Positions 49,046 to 57,090 of a stretch of DNA of 64,000 bases are shown one piece after another. Source of the stretch: a virus. Taxonomy: Duplodnaviria; Caudoviricetes. Position 1 is the first letter of the stretch. Every line of letters starts with the position of its first letter. A model generated the notes under the pieces. It was not told where the DNA came from and did no database searches. It saw only the letters and a list, made by a program, of their open reading frames with translations. The position numbers and the translations under genes are program-made. The stretch spans positions 72,535 through 136,534 of IMG/VR virus record IMGVR_UViG_2811995030_000001; one strand, 5' to 3'.

Positions 49046-49819
49046 TTGGCGAAGAGAGTAACATTAATTGGAGCAGCTATTGCAGTACCTTTTACATATA
49101 GTTCTTATACCAATGCACAAATGGAGAAGAAAGTAGATAATTCAAATAAGAAGTATGAGAAGAAGATTAAGAAGCAACAGGAAGAAATCAAGGCATTGAA
49201 GGAAGTTAATAAGGATCAAGAGGTTAAAATTGAGACTAACACTCAAAGTGTGAGTGATACAAGTAAGAAAATTGATGAAACTGAGGTGTCTCTTAGGCGA
49301 CAGATTGCAGAAGTTGAAGCAGAAATAGAAAAGAAAAATAAATTACAGCAAGATATTAAAGAAAAGAAGGCTGAAGAGGTTAAGCAACCAGTTAAACAGC
49401 AAGAAACTAAGCCTCAGAGTAAGCCTGCAACACAAGTTAATAAAGTGGAAGATACTAAGGAGGAGAAGGTTGAAACTAAGGATACAGGGAGTTTAAAGAC
49501 ATTTGATGCTGAGGTTACATATTATACGGCCAATGCAGAAAGCACAGGAAAGTCTGTTGGTGATGTTGCTTATGGAATTACAGCAAGTGGAGCACAAGTA
49601 AGATCGGGTATGGTTGCTATGGATAATAGTATCTATCCATTCGGAACAAAGGTACGTATTAATGGAACAGTATATACTAATTGTGATACTGGAGGCGCTA
49701 TTAAGGGAAACAGAATAGACATTTATGTTCCTACTGTATCTCAAGCACAGCAATTAGGAAGACAGACAGTCAAAGCTGAAGTGGTTGAATGGGGAAATGG
49801 TAAGTGTGTAGCTAACTAA
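49046..49819 (+). CDS. secreted coiled-coil plus 3D-domain peptidoglycan hydrolase-like protein (YorM-like)
   Basis: Signal-like N-terminus; TYY...GITASG...VAMD...FGTKV...DTGGAIKGNRIDIY. Confidence 0.85.
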   Translation: MAKRVTLIGAAIAVPFTYSSYTNAQMEKKVDNSNKKYEKKIKKQQEEIKALKEVNKDQEVKIETNTQSVSDTSKKIDETEVSLRRQIAEVEAEIEKKNKLQQDIKEKKAEEVKQPVKQQETKPQSKPATQVNKVEDTKEEKVETKDTGSLKTFDAEVTYYTANAESTGKSVGDVAYGITASGAQVRSGMVAMDNSIYPFGTKVRINGTVYTNCDTGGAIKGNRIDIYVPTVSQAQQLGRQTVKAEVVEWGNGKCVAN

Positions 49820-49931
49820 GTAAAAGAATAATTTTACATTAAAAGTAGCTTTGAAAAATGGAGAAAACGAGAGAAAAATGGAGAATGAGAGAGTTTAAAA
49901 ATAACAAAATACATAAAAGGTGGATGATGAT

Positions 49932-50393
49932 ATGAATACATTTAAAACTGGTGATGAAATTTTATTTGAATATGGGGAACAAACGTTACAAGGGAGACTT
50001 GTAAACACATATCCAGATCATTGTATAGTTGAAACAGAAAAGGGTAGCTACACCATTGGTTGGAATCATGTGGTGGATAAAGCACCTGTTACAAGTACAT
50101 TTGAGCAAATGGGGCAAGAGTTAGGTGCATTTGTAGATAAGAAACAGGCAGCATATGGAGATTCTGTATCTAAAGCTTCTAAACTAATGAAAGTATTCTT
50201 AGAGGAGTATGAAAATGGAGACGGTACATATACAATTCCAGAGGAGTTATTAGATCATATTCTTCTACAAGTACGTATTATTGATAAGCAGAATCGTATT
50301 TTTAGCAATCCTAAAGGTGACTTAATGGATGAAACGCCTTACGCTGACTTAGCTGGTTATGGTCTATTAGGTAAAAGAAATAGTGGAAAATAA
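49932..50393 (+). CDS. DUF1599/Nmad1-like (nucleotide-modification-associated) protein
   Basis: KKQAAYGDS...RIIDKQNRI...ETPYADLAGYGLL pattern. Confidence 0.6.
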   Translation: MNTFKTGDEILFEYGEQTLQGRLVNTYPDHCIVETEKGSYTIGWNHVVDKAPVTSTFEQMGQELGAFVDKKQAAYGDSVSKASKLMKVFLEEYENGDGTYTIPEELLDHILLQVRIIDKQNRIFSNPKGDLMDETPYADLAGYGLLGKRNSGK

Positions 50394-50422
50394 AAAATAT
50401 ATTAAATAAAATAAAATACATA

Positions 50423-50451
50423 TAGACAAAGAAAACAAGTCATGGTATATT
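50423..50451 (+). promoter_or_regulatory. sigmaA-type promoter
   Basis: TAGACA-17-TATATT with extended TG; AAAATAAAATACATA abutting the -35. Confidence 0.65.
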
Positions 50452-50632
50452 AGATTTATCAAAAGGAAATGAGGTGAATAAAGAGGGTGGAAATAATCTT
50501 AAACGGCAAAACTCCGTTGATTATAAAAGATGAGGAGGGAAACATTCTTTACGAGTTTAAGGTAGAAAGTAAGATCAAGGATATGAGAAAGAAAACAAAA
50601 TAAATTACATAAATCAAGAGGAGTGATTAATA

Positions 50633-50830
50633 ATGAGTATGGAATATTCGTTACTTACACTAAAGAATCAAAAGAGGAATGTACAAGAAAGATTAAAGGA
50701 AATAAGTGAAGGTCAATATGATAAATTTGATGGTAAATCAGTCAAGAAACTTGAAACAGAATTAGAACATAAGCTTAGAGACTTAGAGTTTGCTATCGAA
50801 TACATAGAAGATTACAATGTTGAATTTTAA
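50633..50830 (+). CDS. hypothetical coiled-coil protein
   Basis: GAGGAGTGA SD. Confidence 0.65.
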   Translation: MSMEYSLLTLKNQKRNVQERLKEISEGQYDKFDGKSVKKLETELEHKLRDLEFAIEYIEDYNVEF

Positions 50831-50943
50831 GCTTTAGGCTTAACTAAAAAGTCTAGCCTTGAAAAACGTTGATATATAAGGGTTTTTGAAAGTATAAATC
50901 AATGTAAAATCCATATTTTATAGAAATATAAAGGAGGTTGTTT

Positions 50944-51234
50944 ATGGGAGATTTTGCAGATGATGCATATGAAGCTGCAATGCAAGAAATGTACTTATTC
51001 TCCAAAGCTTTAGATGAAGAAATGGAGAATACTCCTAATCAAGAAGTAGTTAATAGAATGATTACTTATTTCAAAGAAAACTCAGTCGATGTGCAGAATA
51101 AATTGGAGCTATTGTGCAAGGAAATCTTAATAACAACTAAACGAACAAAACGTTTAACTCCTAAACAAAAATCATGCTTGCTTAAATTATTGCTTCAGAG
51201 AGAAGATCATTCAGATGATTACTACTATTATTAA
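50944..51234 (+). CDS. hypothetical protein
   Basis: AAGGAGG SD before ATG 50944. Confidence 0.7.
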   Translation: MGDFADDAYEAAMQEMYLFSKALDEEMENTPNQEVVNRMITYFKENSVDVQNKLELLCKEILITTKRTKRLTPKQKSCLLKLLLQREDHSDDYYYY

Positions 51235-51357
51235 AAAAATAAGGAGGTGATTCAATGAATCCAAACAGCTTTCCAATGGCCGATATTCAAGTAATTAAAT
51301 CTGAAGAAGATAAATAATACATAATAAACTAAATAAAAACAATGAGGAGGAATTTAA

Positions 51358-51654
51358 ATGAGTTATCAAGAGGTAGAAGTAGCAGAGGTTAAGGGTTTAA
51401 ATGACGTGAAGGTGTTTCAACTTTGTGAGTGTGACGCTGTAGCAGCTTATTCCTTAGAGGAAGCAAGAGAGTGGTATAAAAACTTAACAGGATTAGAAGA
51501 CGATGAGCTTTATAAATTAAGCGAAGTATCAGAAGTATCTTTAGATATGAAGGTTAGAAAAGGCGAAGAAGTAGAAGGAATGATTACTGTAGGCCAGATT
51601 ATCCAAGATTATTGGAATGGTGAACCTTTCATTGCGGTAACTAATTTATATTAA
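51358..51654 (+). CDS. acidic hypothetical phage protein
   Basis: GAGGAGG SD. Confidence 0.75.
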   Translation: MSYQEVEVAEVKGLNDVKVFQLCECDAVAAYSLEEAREWYKNLTGLEDDELYKLSEVSEVSLDMKVRKGEEVEGMITVGQIIQDYWNGEPFIAVTNLY

Positions 51655-51679
51655 TAATACATAAAACAGGAGAGATGAA

Positions 51680-52006
51680 ATGCAACCGTATTTTTACAAC
51701 GCAGAATGTATAGGTGTGACGGACGGTGACACCTGTACGGTCAAAATTGATGTTGGATTTGGATTCAGCACAATACAAAAATTAAGGTTTCTAGGAGTTA
51801 ATACACCAGAAAGACATGTAGAAGGCTATGAAGAGGCTACACAATTTACTGAAGATAAAATTTTAAATAAAGAGATTATCATTAACACACATAAGAAAGA
51901 TGCTTTTGGCAGATGGTTAGCAGATATTTATTATAAAGAAGATGATGCTTATAGATCATTAAATGAGGATTTATTAACAAATGAGTTAGCTGTAGTTTAT
52001 AAATAA
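51680..52006 (+). CDS. thermonuclease (SNase) family protein without signal peptide
   Basis: DGDT; RFLGVNTPE; DAFGRWLA; LNEDLL. Confidence 0.85.
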   Translation: MQPYFYNAECIGVTDGDTCTVKIDVGFGFSTIQKLRFLGVNTPERHVEGYEEATQFTEDKILNKEIIINTHKKDAFGRWLADIYYKEDDAYRSLNEDLLTNELAVVYK

Positions 52007-52030
52007 AATACATAAGTGGGAGCGTGTTAT

Positions 52031-52321
52031 ATGAAAAGTATTTTAGGCGTATTGTTAATTCTTGGTGGAGTTGTTTTAGGAGCATATGTTGGAGTTTGGG
52101 TATGCTTAGTTGGTGGAATTGTTGGATTAGTTTCAGCAGTAAATATGTTGATTGATAAAGAAGGATTGGATGGAATGTTGGTTGCTTTCAGCATTTTGAA
52201 GATTATGTTTGCAGGATTCTTCGGATACATTAGTGTAGTTGTTGGATTCTTCTCAGGAGCAGCTCTATTAGCCTCAGATTCACCTAAAAAGAGAAACAGA
52301 AAGAAAAAGAAAACTACATAA
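52031..52321 (+). CDS. small membrane protein
   Basis: Gly-rich hydrophobic helices, basic tail; GGGAG SD. Confidence 0.7.
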   Translation: MKSILGVLLILGGVVLGAYVGVWVCLVGGIVGLVSAVNMLIDKEGLDGMLVAFSILKIMFAGFFGYISVVVGFFSGAALLASDSPKKRNRKKKKTT

Positions 52322-52362
52322 AACTTATCTTTTAAGTTAACCTATTTTAAGGGGGTGAGCAG

Positions 52363-53196
52363 ATGGGTGAGGAATTAGATTTGAGAGGACATATTAACAG
52401 TGTTATAAACAACCAAATCCATGATAAAAGCAACGTAGCGCTTCTTTTTAGTGGAGGTACAGATTCTCTAACTTGCCTATTCTCTCTTCTGGAGAGTGGT
52501 ATCAGACCTACATTATATTCATTTCATCTGGAGGGAGTTATCCATAAGGATATTGAAATTAGTAAGCAGGTTGCAGAGTTCTATAATCTGAAGCACAAAA
52601 TTATAGTGATAAAAAAGGATGTTGAACAATTACAAAAAGACGTTAGATATTTAATTTCTCAATTTGAGATATTTCGTAAAACTAATGTCCAGTGTACCTA
52701 TCCATTTCTACATGTACTTCCTAAAGTTCAAGAGAGTTTTGTAATGACAGGTTTATGTGCTGATGATTTGTACGGAACAGCTAAAAGTGTTGCAATTAAA
52801 GGAGCGAAAAGCAAAGAAACGTTTGATACAATCAGGAATAAAACTCTAAGCAACTTAAATTCATCTGCCTACAGATCTATTAAACAATTAGTTGAAGATG
52901 TTTTTCAAAAGAAATTTATTGTTCCCTATAGAGAAGAGAGTGTTATAAGTTACTTTATGAACTTTTCATGGGAAGAGCTAAATAGACCTAAGCAAAAACA
53001 AATCGCAGTAAAGGCTTATGCTGATTACTTTGATAAGCAAAAAATTTATAGAAGAAATACAAACTTACAAGTGGGATCAAAAATTAGAGAATGGCATGAT
53101 GAATTATTGAAAACTGAACTTAATGTTAACAATAGAAAGAGAGTAGATGAAATCTATAAAGATATAAGAAGGGAGTTAAACAATGGGGATTTATAA
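52363..53196 (+). CDS. asparagine-synthetase C-terminal-domain-like ATP-dependent amide ligase (no glutaminase domain)
   Basis: PP-loop LLFSGGTDS; VMTGLCADDLYG (cf. AsnB SGEGADELFG); VPY; R....LQ.GS. Confidence 0.8.
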   Translation: MGEELDLRGHINSVINNQIHDKSNVALLFSGGTDSLTCLFSLLESGIRPTLYSFHLEGVIHKDIEISKQVAEFYNLKHKIIVIKKDVEQLQKDVRYLISQFEIFRKTNVQCTYPFLHVLPKVQESFVMTGLCADDLYGTAKSVAIKGAKSKETFDTIRNKTLSNLNSSAYRSIKQLVEDVFQKKFIVPYREESVISYFMNFSWEELNRPKQKQIAVKAYADYFDKQKIYRRNTNLQVGSKIREWHDELLKTELNVNNRKRVDEIYKDIRRELNNGDL

Positions 53197-53875
53197 AGAA
53201 TGCGATTGGAAATTTGATAAGGAAGTTGTTCCTATATTTGAGAGCCATGTGCGTAAATCAGTCCCGATGTATGAAGAAATACATAGTCTTATCAATGATA
53301 TTTCAGGTTGGTTTATTGAAGATGATACAAATGTTTATGACATTGGAACATCTACAGGGGAGACTCTAACCAACCTATTGAATTCATATCCAAATAAAAA
53401 AGCTAAATACTTTGGCATAGATAGTTCTTTAGAAATGATTGAAAAAGCTAAAGAAAAATTAAAGTATAATAATGTACAGTTTATTCACGATGACGTAACA
53501 GAAGGCTTTACTTTTGATAACGCCAGTTTAACAGTCTCAATGCTTACTATGATGTTCATATCTGAAAAGAAGCGACAAAATTTAGTAGATAAAATATATA
53601 AGGGGCTAAATAAAGGAGGTGCATTCATTCTAGTTGAAAAAGTAATCGGGAGTAATGCAAGATTTAATGAGATTTGGATAGAGCTGTATCATCAATTAAA
53701 GCTAAAAAACGATATTGATGAAAAGGATGTGTTCGCTAAATCTCGTGCCATTAGAGGAGTTTTAAAACCTTACACTGTTCAAGAGAATATACATATGCTA
53801 GAAAGCGCAGGATTTACGAAAATTGATACATTTTTTAAATGGAATAACTTCGTAGGAATCCTTTGTGTTAAGTAA
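53183..53875 (+). CDS. cmoA: CmoA-like carboxy-S-adenosylmethionine synthase / class I MTase fold
   Basis: Colinear with E. coli CmoA as recalled: DW.FD..V...F.....SVP.Y; VYD.G.S.G; ID.S..MIE; NAS; DKIY.GLN.GGA..L.EK; AGF...F...NF. Confidence 0.8.
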   Translation: MGIYKECDWKFDKEVVPIFESHVRKSVPMYEEIHSLINDISGWFIEDDTNVYDIGTSTGETLTNLLNSYPNKKAKYFGIDSSLEMIEKAKEKLKYNNVQFIHDDVTEGFTFDNASLTVSMLTMMFISEKKRQNLVDKIYKGLNKGGAFILVEKVIGSNARFNEIWIELYHQLKLKNDIDEKDVFAKSRAIRGVLKPYTVQENIHMLESAGFTKIDTFFKWNNFVGILCVK

Positions 53876-53923
53876 AATAAAATAAAATACATAATTGAAT
53901 AATTTGAGATTTGGAGTGAATTT

Positions 53924-55126
53924 ATGAAATATATAGATTTATTTGCAGGTATAGGTGGATTTCGTTATGGATTAGATGATGCAGGATATGAATGTGTTTT
54001 TACATCAGAAATAGATACAGTTCCAAGTGAAATGTATAAGCTTCTTCATAATGAACAAGAAATACATGGAGACATAACTAAGATAAACGCAGAAGATATA
54101 CCTGATCATGATTTGTTGGTGGGAGGGTTTCCATGTCAAGGTTTCTCAACAAATGGTACTAGATTAGGCTTCAAGTACAAGACAGGAAATTTATTCTTTG
54201 AAGCTCTACGTGTTGCCAAGGAAAAGAAACCTAAATATGTATTAATGGAAAACGTTACCGGTCTTCTTAATCATGACAAGGGTAAAACGATTTCTATTAT
54301 GATGAAAAGTCTTTCTGATGCAGGCTATTCTGTAGACTTTCATATTCTAACTTCTACAGATTTTGGGCTTCCTCAAAAACGGAGTAGAGTGTTTATAGTA
54401 GGAGTTCTTAACTACGAAACAGAGGATTGGAAAGAGACTGAAATCAAACAGGTTAATAGAGCGAAGGAAATTGTGAAAAATAATTTCCCTGATGTTAAAA
54501 GTTTTAATTTCCCTTATCCCGTAGGAACCAAGCATTGTAATTCTTTAGAGAGTGTACTAGATGAAGACATTGATGGTAATCAAATTGAGTATTTGGAGTT
54601 TGGTGATTTTCTAAAGTATTTAGGAGATGGTGTATATAGGATTAAAGATGGCACAAATAAGGGATATACGGATTTTAAGCCTATTCCAAATGAAACAACC
54701 ATAGATTATACTTTCACAACAAGTAAAACTAGAAGGGGGAGGATAAAACACGGAGCTACAAAAACACTTGATCAGTCTGTAGATGTGGCTTTATTTGATG
54801 GAAATGGATTTAGAAGAATTGGTGCTAAAGAGGTTTTTAGATTGCAAGGGTTTCCTGACTCAGCTTATAATCTTTTAAAAGAAAAGGGGTTTAAAGAAAA
54901 TCAATTATATAGACGACCTTCAAGAAGTGTGAGTATACCTATTATAAAAAACTTGGGAGAAAGTCTACATAAGTTTCATGAAGAATTAAATACTGTTACC
55001 AAATGTAGTAATTGTAAGCATTGGGCTGAAATAGATGAAGGAATTGGAGTATGTGAAAATGAAGAAACTGTAGAGTTACATACAATGAAAGACGATGGTT
55101 GTACCATCCAAAATACATATATTTAA
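53924..55126 (+). CDS. C5 cytosine DNA methyltransferase family; predicted carboxymethyltransferase
   Basis: Motif I DLFAGIGG, IV GFPCQ, VI ENV, VIII QKRSR, IX RLQGFPD; motif X reads YRRPSRSV instead of YKQ.GNSV. Confidence 0.85.
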   Translation: MKYIDLFAGIGGFRYGLDDAGYECVFTSEIDTVPSEMYKLLHNEQEIHGDITKINAEDIPDHDLLVGGFPCQGFSTNGTRLGFKYKTGNLFFEALRVAKEKKPKYVLMENVTGLLNHDKGKTISIMMKSLSDAGYSVDFHILTSTDFGLPQKRSRVFIVGVLNYETEDWKETEIKQVNRAKEIVKNNFPDVKSFNFPYPVGTKHCNSLESVLDEDIDGNQIEYLEFGDFLKYLGDGVYRIKDGTNKGYTDFKPIPNETTIDYTFTTSKTRRGRIKHGATKTLDQSVDVALFDGNGFRRIGAKEVFRLQGFPDSAYNLLKEKGFKENQLYRRPSRSVSIPIIKNLGESLHKFHEELNTVTKCSNCKHWAEIDEGIGVCENEETVELHTMKDDGCTIQNTYI

Positions 55127-55419
55127 GTTTATAAAAATAAAATACATAAGAGGTGTTTCTATATGACAAACAGATTTGTATCAATTAATAAGGTTGGTAA
55201 AGGACAATGGAGCGCACATATGAAGGCCAGTAATACGTATCAAGCTAAGAGCATCCTTGCAGATACATATAACATGGAAGCTACAAATTTTGTACATAGA
55301 ACGCACGTGACAGGTAAAAGAATGGTTTTTGGTCAACGTTAAACTAATATACGTAGCCTATATGTAGCAATATAAAGGAAAGGGAGAGGATTTATAATAT
55401 AAAATAAGGAGTGGTTCAA

Positions 55420-55764
55420 ATGTTCGTTAATATTAATACGAAATTTACTAAAGGTGAAACTGTAAGTATCCCATCACGTAAGGATGAAGAAGGTCTTATT
55501 ACGGCTGTTAAGGTTGAATGTGATGTCAATGAATACAATAACAACTCAGTAGTTAAATACCTCATTAAAACAAATAGCAGAATTTACAGTGATTGGTTTA
55601 CTGAGGATCAGCTAGAAAAAACTATCAGTGCTAGTACAGATGATATACATAAGGACTTTAAGAAAGGTGTTAATGAGTTTCTTCTTGATGCAGCTTTATT
55701 AGAAGCACATAGAACACAGGATTTTACATACGTAAAAGAGCTATATAAAGAAATGAATAGCTAG
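55420..55764 (+). CDS. hypothetical protein
   Basis: AAGGAG SD before ATG 55420. Confidence 0.7.
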   Translation: MFVNINTKFTKGETVSIPSRKDEEGLITAVKVECDVNEYNNNSVVKYLIKTNSRIYSDWFTEDQLEKTISASTDDIHKDFKKGVNEFLLDAALLEAHRTQDFTYVKELYKEMNS

Positions 55765-55775
55765 GTGAATACATA

Positions 55776-56081
55776 ATGAATGATGATTTAAACGTATTGG
55801 ATTACATAGAACAGAAAGCATTTCAATTAGAGGACGTAGAACGCTGTAGGGATATTGAACATATTTATCTACGTCCTATTGTTTTAACTAATAAGGGATA
55901 TACCAATTACCAGTATCCTATTAATAAGCTAGATAAAGTGGAAGAAGTGTCTGATCTATCTACATTGCCTCAAGATAAGCAGCTAGGCCTATTAGTGGGA
56001 TATTCCCTAAAGAAATTCGGTAAGCGTGTTGCAGAGGAAGTGGAGTTTATTCTGAAATATAAGGAGACTAAAAATATATGA
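55776..56081 (+). CDS. hypothetical protein
   Basis: AGGTGA SD. Confidence 0.7.
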   Translation: MNDDLNVLDYIEQKAFQLEDVERCRDIEHIYLRPIVLTNKGYTNYQYPINKLDKVEEVSDLSTLPQDKQLGLLVGYSLKKFGKRVAEEVEFILKYKETKNI

Positions 56082-56290
56082 ATAGAGAAGCAATGGAGTT
56101 ATTTAAAGACCGTTTAAAAGAAGAAGTTGGAGGTAAGATTTCTTATATCTATGACAGAGCGCATGAATTAAGTTCTGCAATTGAAGAGAATATGGCCTTA
56201 AGTGATGAGGCTTCAACCTATTATACAAAGACTTTAAGTGACATTATGAATGTATTATCTGAGGCAGAAAAAGAAATCTTACATTCTTAG
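56078..56290 (+). CDS. hypothetical protein
   Basis: AAGGAG SD; ATGA overlap. Confidence 0.65.
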   Translation: MNREAMELFKDRLKEEVGGKISYIYDRAHELSSAIEENMALSDEASTYYTKTLSDIMNVLSEAEKEILHS

Positions 56291-56310
56291 AAAATAAATG
56301 AAAAATAATG

Positions 56311-56339
56311 TTGACATTAACAAAAATAAATTATATCAT
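56311..56339 (+). promoter_or_regulatory. sigmaA-type promoter upstream of the nrd region
   Basis: TTGACA-17-TATCAT with an AAAATAAATTA motif in the spacer. Confidence 0.7.
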
Positions 56340-56435
56340 AGAGTTACAAGCTACCGAGGACAACTTGAAAGGATGTGGTTATCAAATAGAGATTAGTAGA
56401 TACAATGTCCCAACTGTTTAGAAAATGATAAGGGG

Positions 56436-56648
56436 ATGATACGAATGAGTGAAGCGTTCGAGTATGAAGTACATAATGAAAAACCGAAATTAAGTGAAGA
56501 AGAGTCAAGATCAATTTGGGAGGCTTATGCATCAGAATATATGATGGGCAGTGGAGAGATGGATGACTTAATGTTAAACACAAGTGAAGAAGCTGCTTAT
56601 GCTGAGTATGATGCAAATAACACAACAGATAGAATCATCAAAGATTAA
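56436..56648 (+). CDS. highly acidic small protein
   Basis: AAGGGG SD; start probably at 56445. Confidence 0.65.
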   Translation: MIRMSEAFEYEVHNEKPKLSEEESRSIWEAYASEYMMGSGEMDDLMLNTSEEAAYAEYDANNTTDRIIKD

Positions 56649-56712
56649 TTACATAATAACACAGTTAAAACGAAAATAAAATACAAATAATTTAAACTAA
56701 AAGGAGTGTTTT

Positions 56713-57090
56713 ATGCTAATTATTTATGACTCAAGAACAGGAAATGTTGAGAGATTCATAAACAAACTAGAATTGAGTCATGTTCAGAAGATTAAAGAGG
56801 AATTAAAAGTAAATGAAGATTTCATCCTGATAACTTACACTACAGGGTTTGGGCAAGTACCAGAAACAACAACAACATTCTTAAATAACAACAGTGAGCA
56901 TTTAAAAGCCGTTGCAGTCAGTGGAAATAGGAACTGGGGCATGTCATACGGCAAGGCTGGAGACACTATATCACAGCAATATGAAGTGCCCTTACTTCTA
57001 AAGTTTGAGCTATCAGGGACTAAAAAAGACATTAACACAATTACTCAGGAGGTTTTGCGATTTGACAGAAATGCTACCGAAATGGATTAA
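56713..57090 (+). CDS. nrdI: class Ib RNR flavodoxin NrdI
   Basis: IYDSRTGNVERF; ITYTTGFGQVP; SGNRNWG; LLKFELSG. Confidence 0.95.
   Translation: MLIIYDSRTGNVERFINKLELSHVQKIKEELKVNEDFILITYTTGFGQVPETTTTFLNNNSEHLKAVAVSGNRNWGMSYGKAGDTISQQYEVPLLLKFELSGTKKDINTITQEVLRFDRNATEMD

Noticed and set aside
49853-49893. Short GAAAAATGGAGAA direct repeat
   Set aside because: Two copies in purine-rich low-complexity sequence, with no further structure to support a function.
52363-53196. QueC / 7-deazaguanine modification pathway
   Set aside because: Shares the SGGxDS PP-loop but lacks the QueC C-terminal Cys cluster and has AsnB-type motifs; no queD/queE/folE/dpdA seen.
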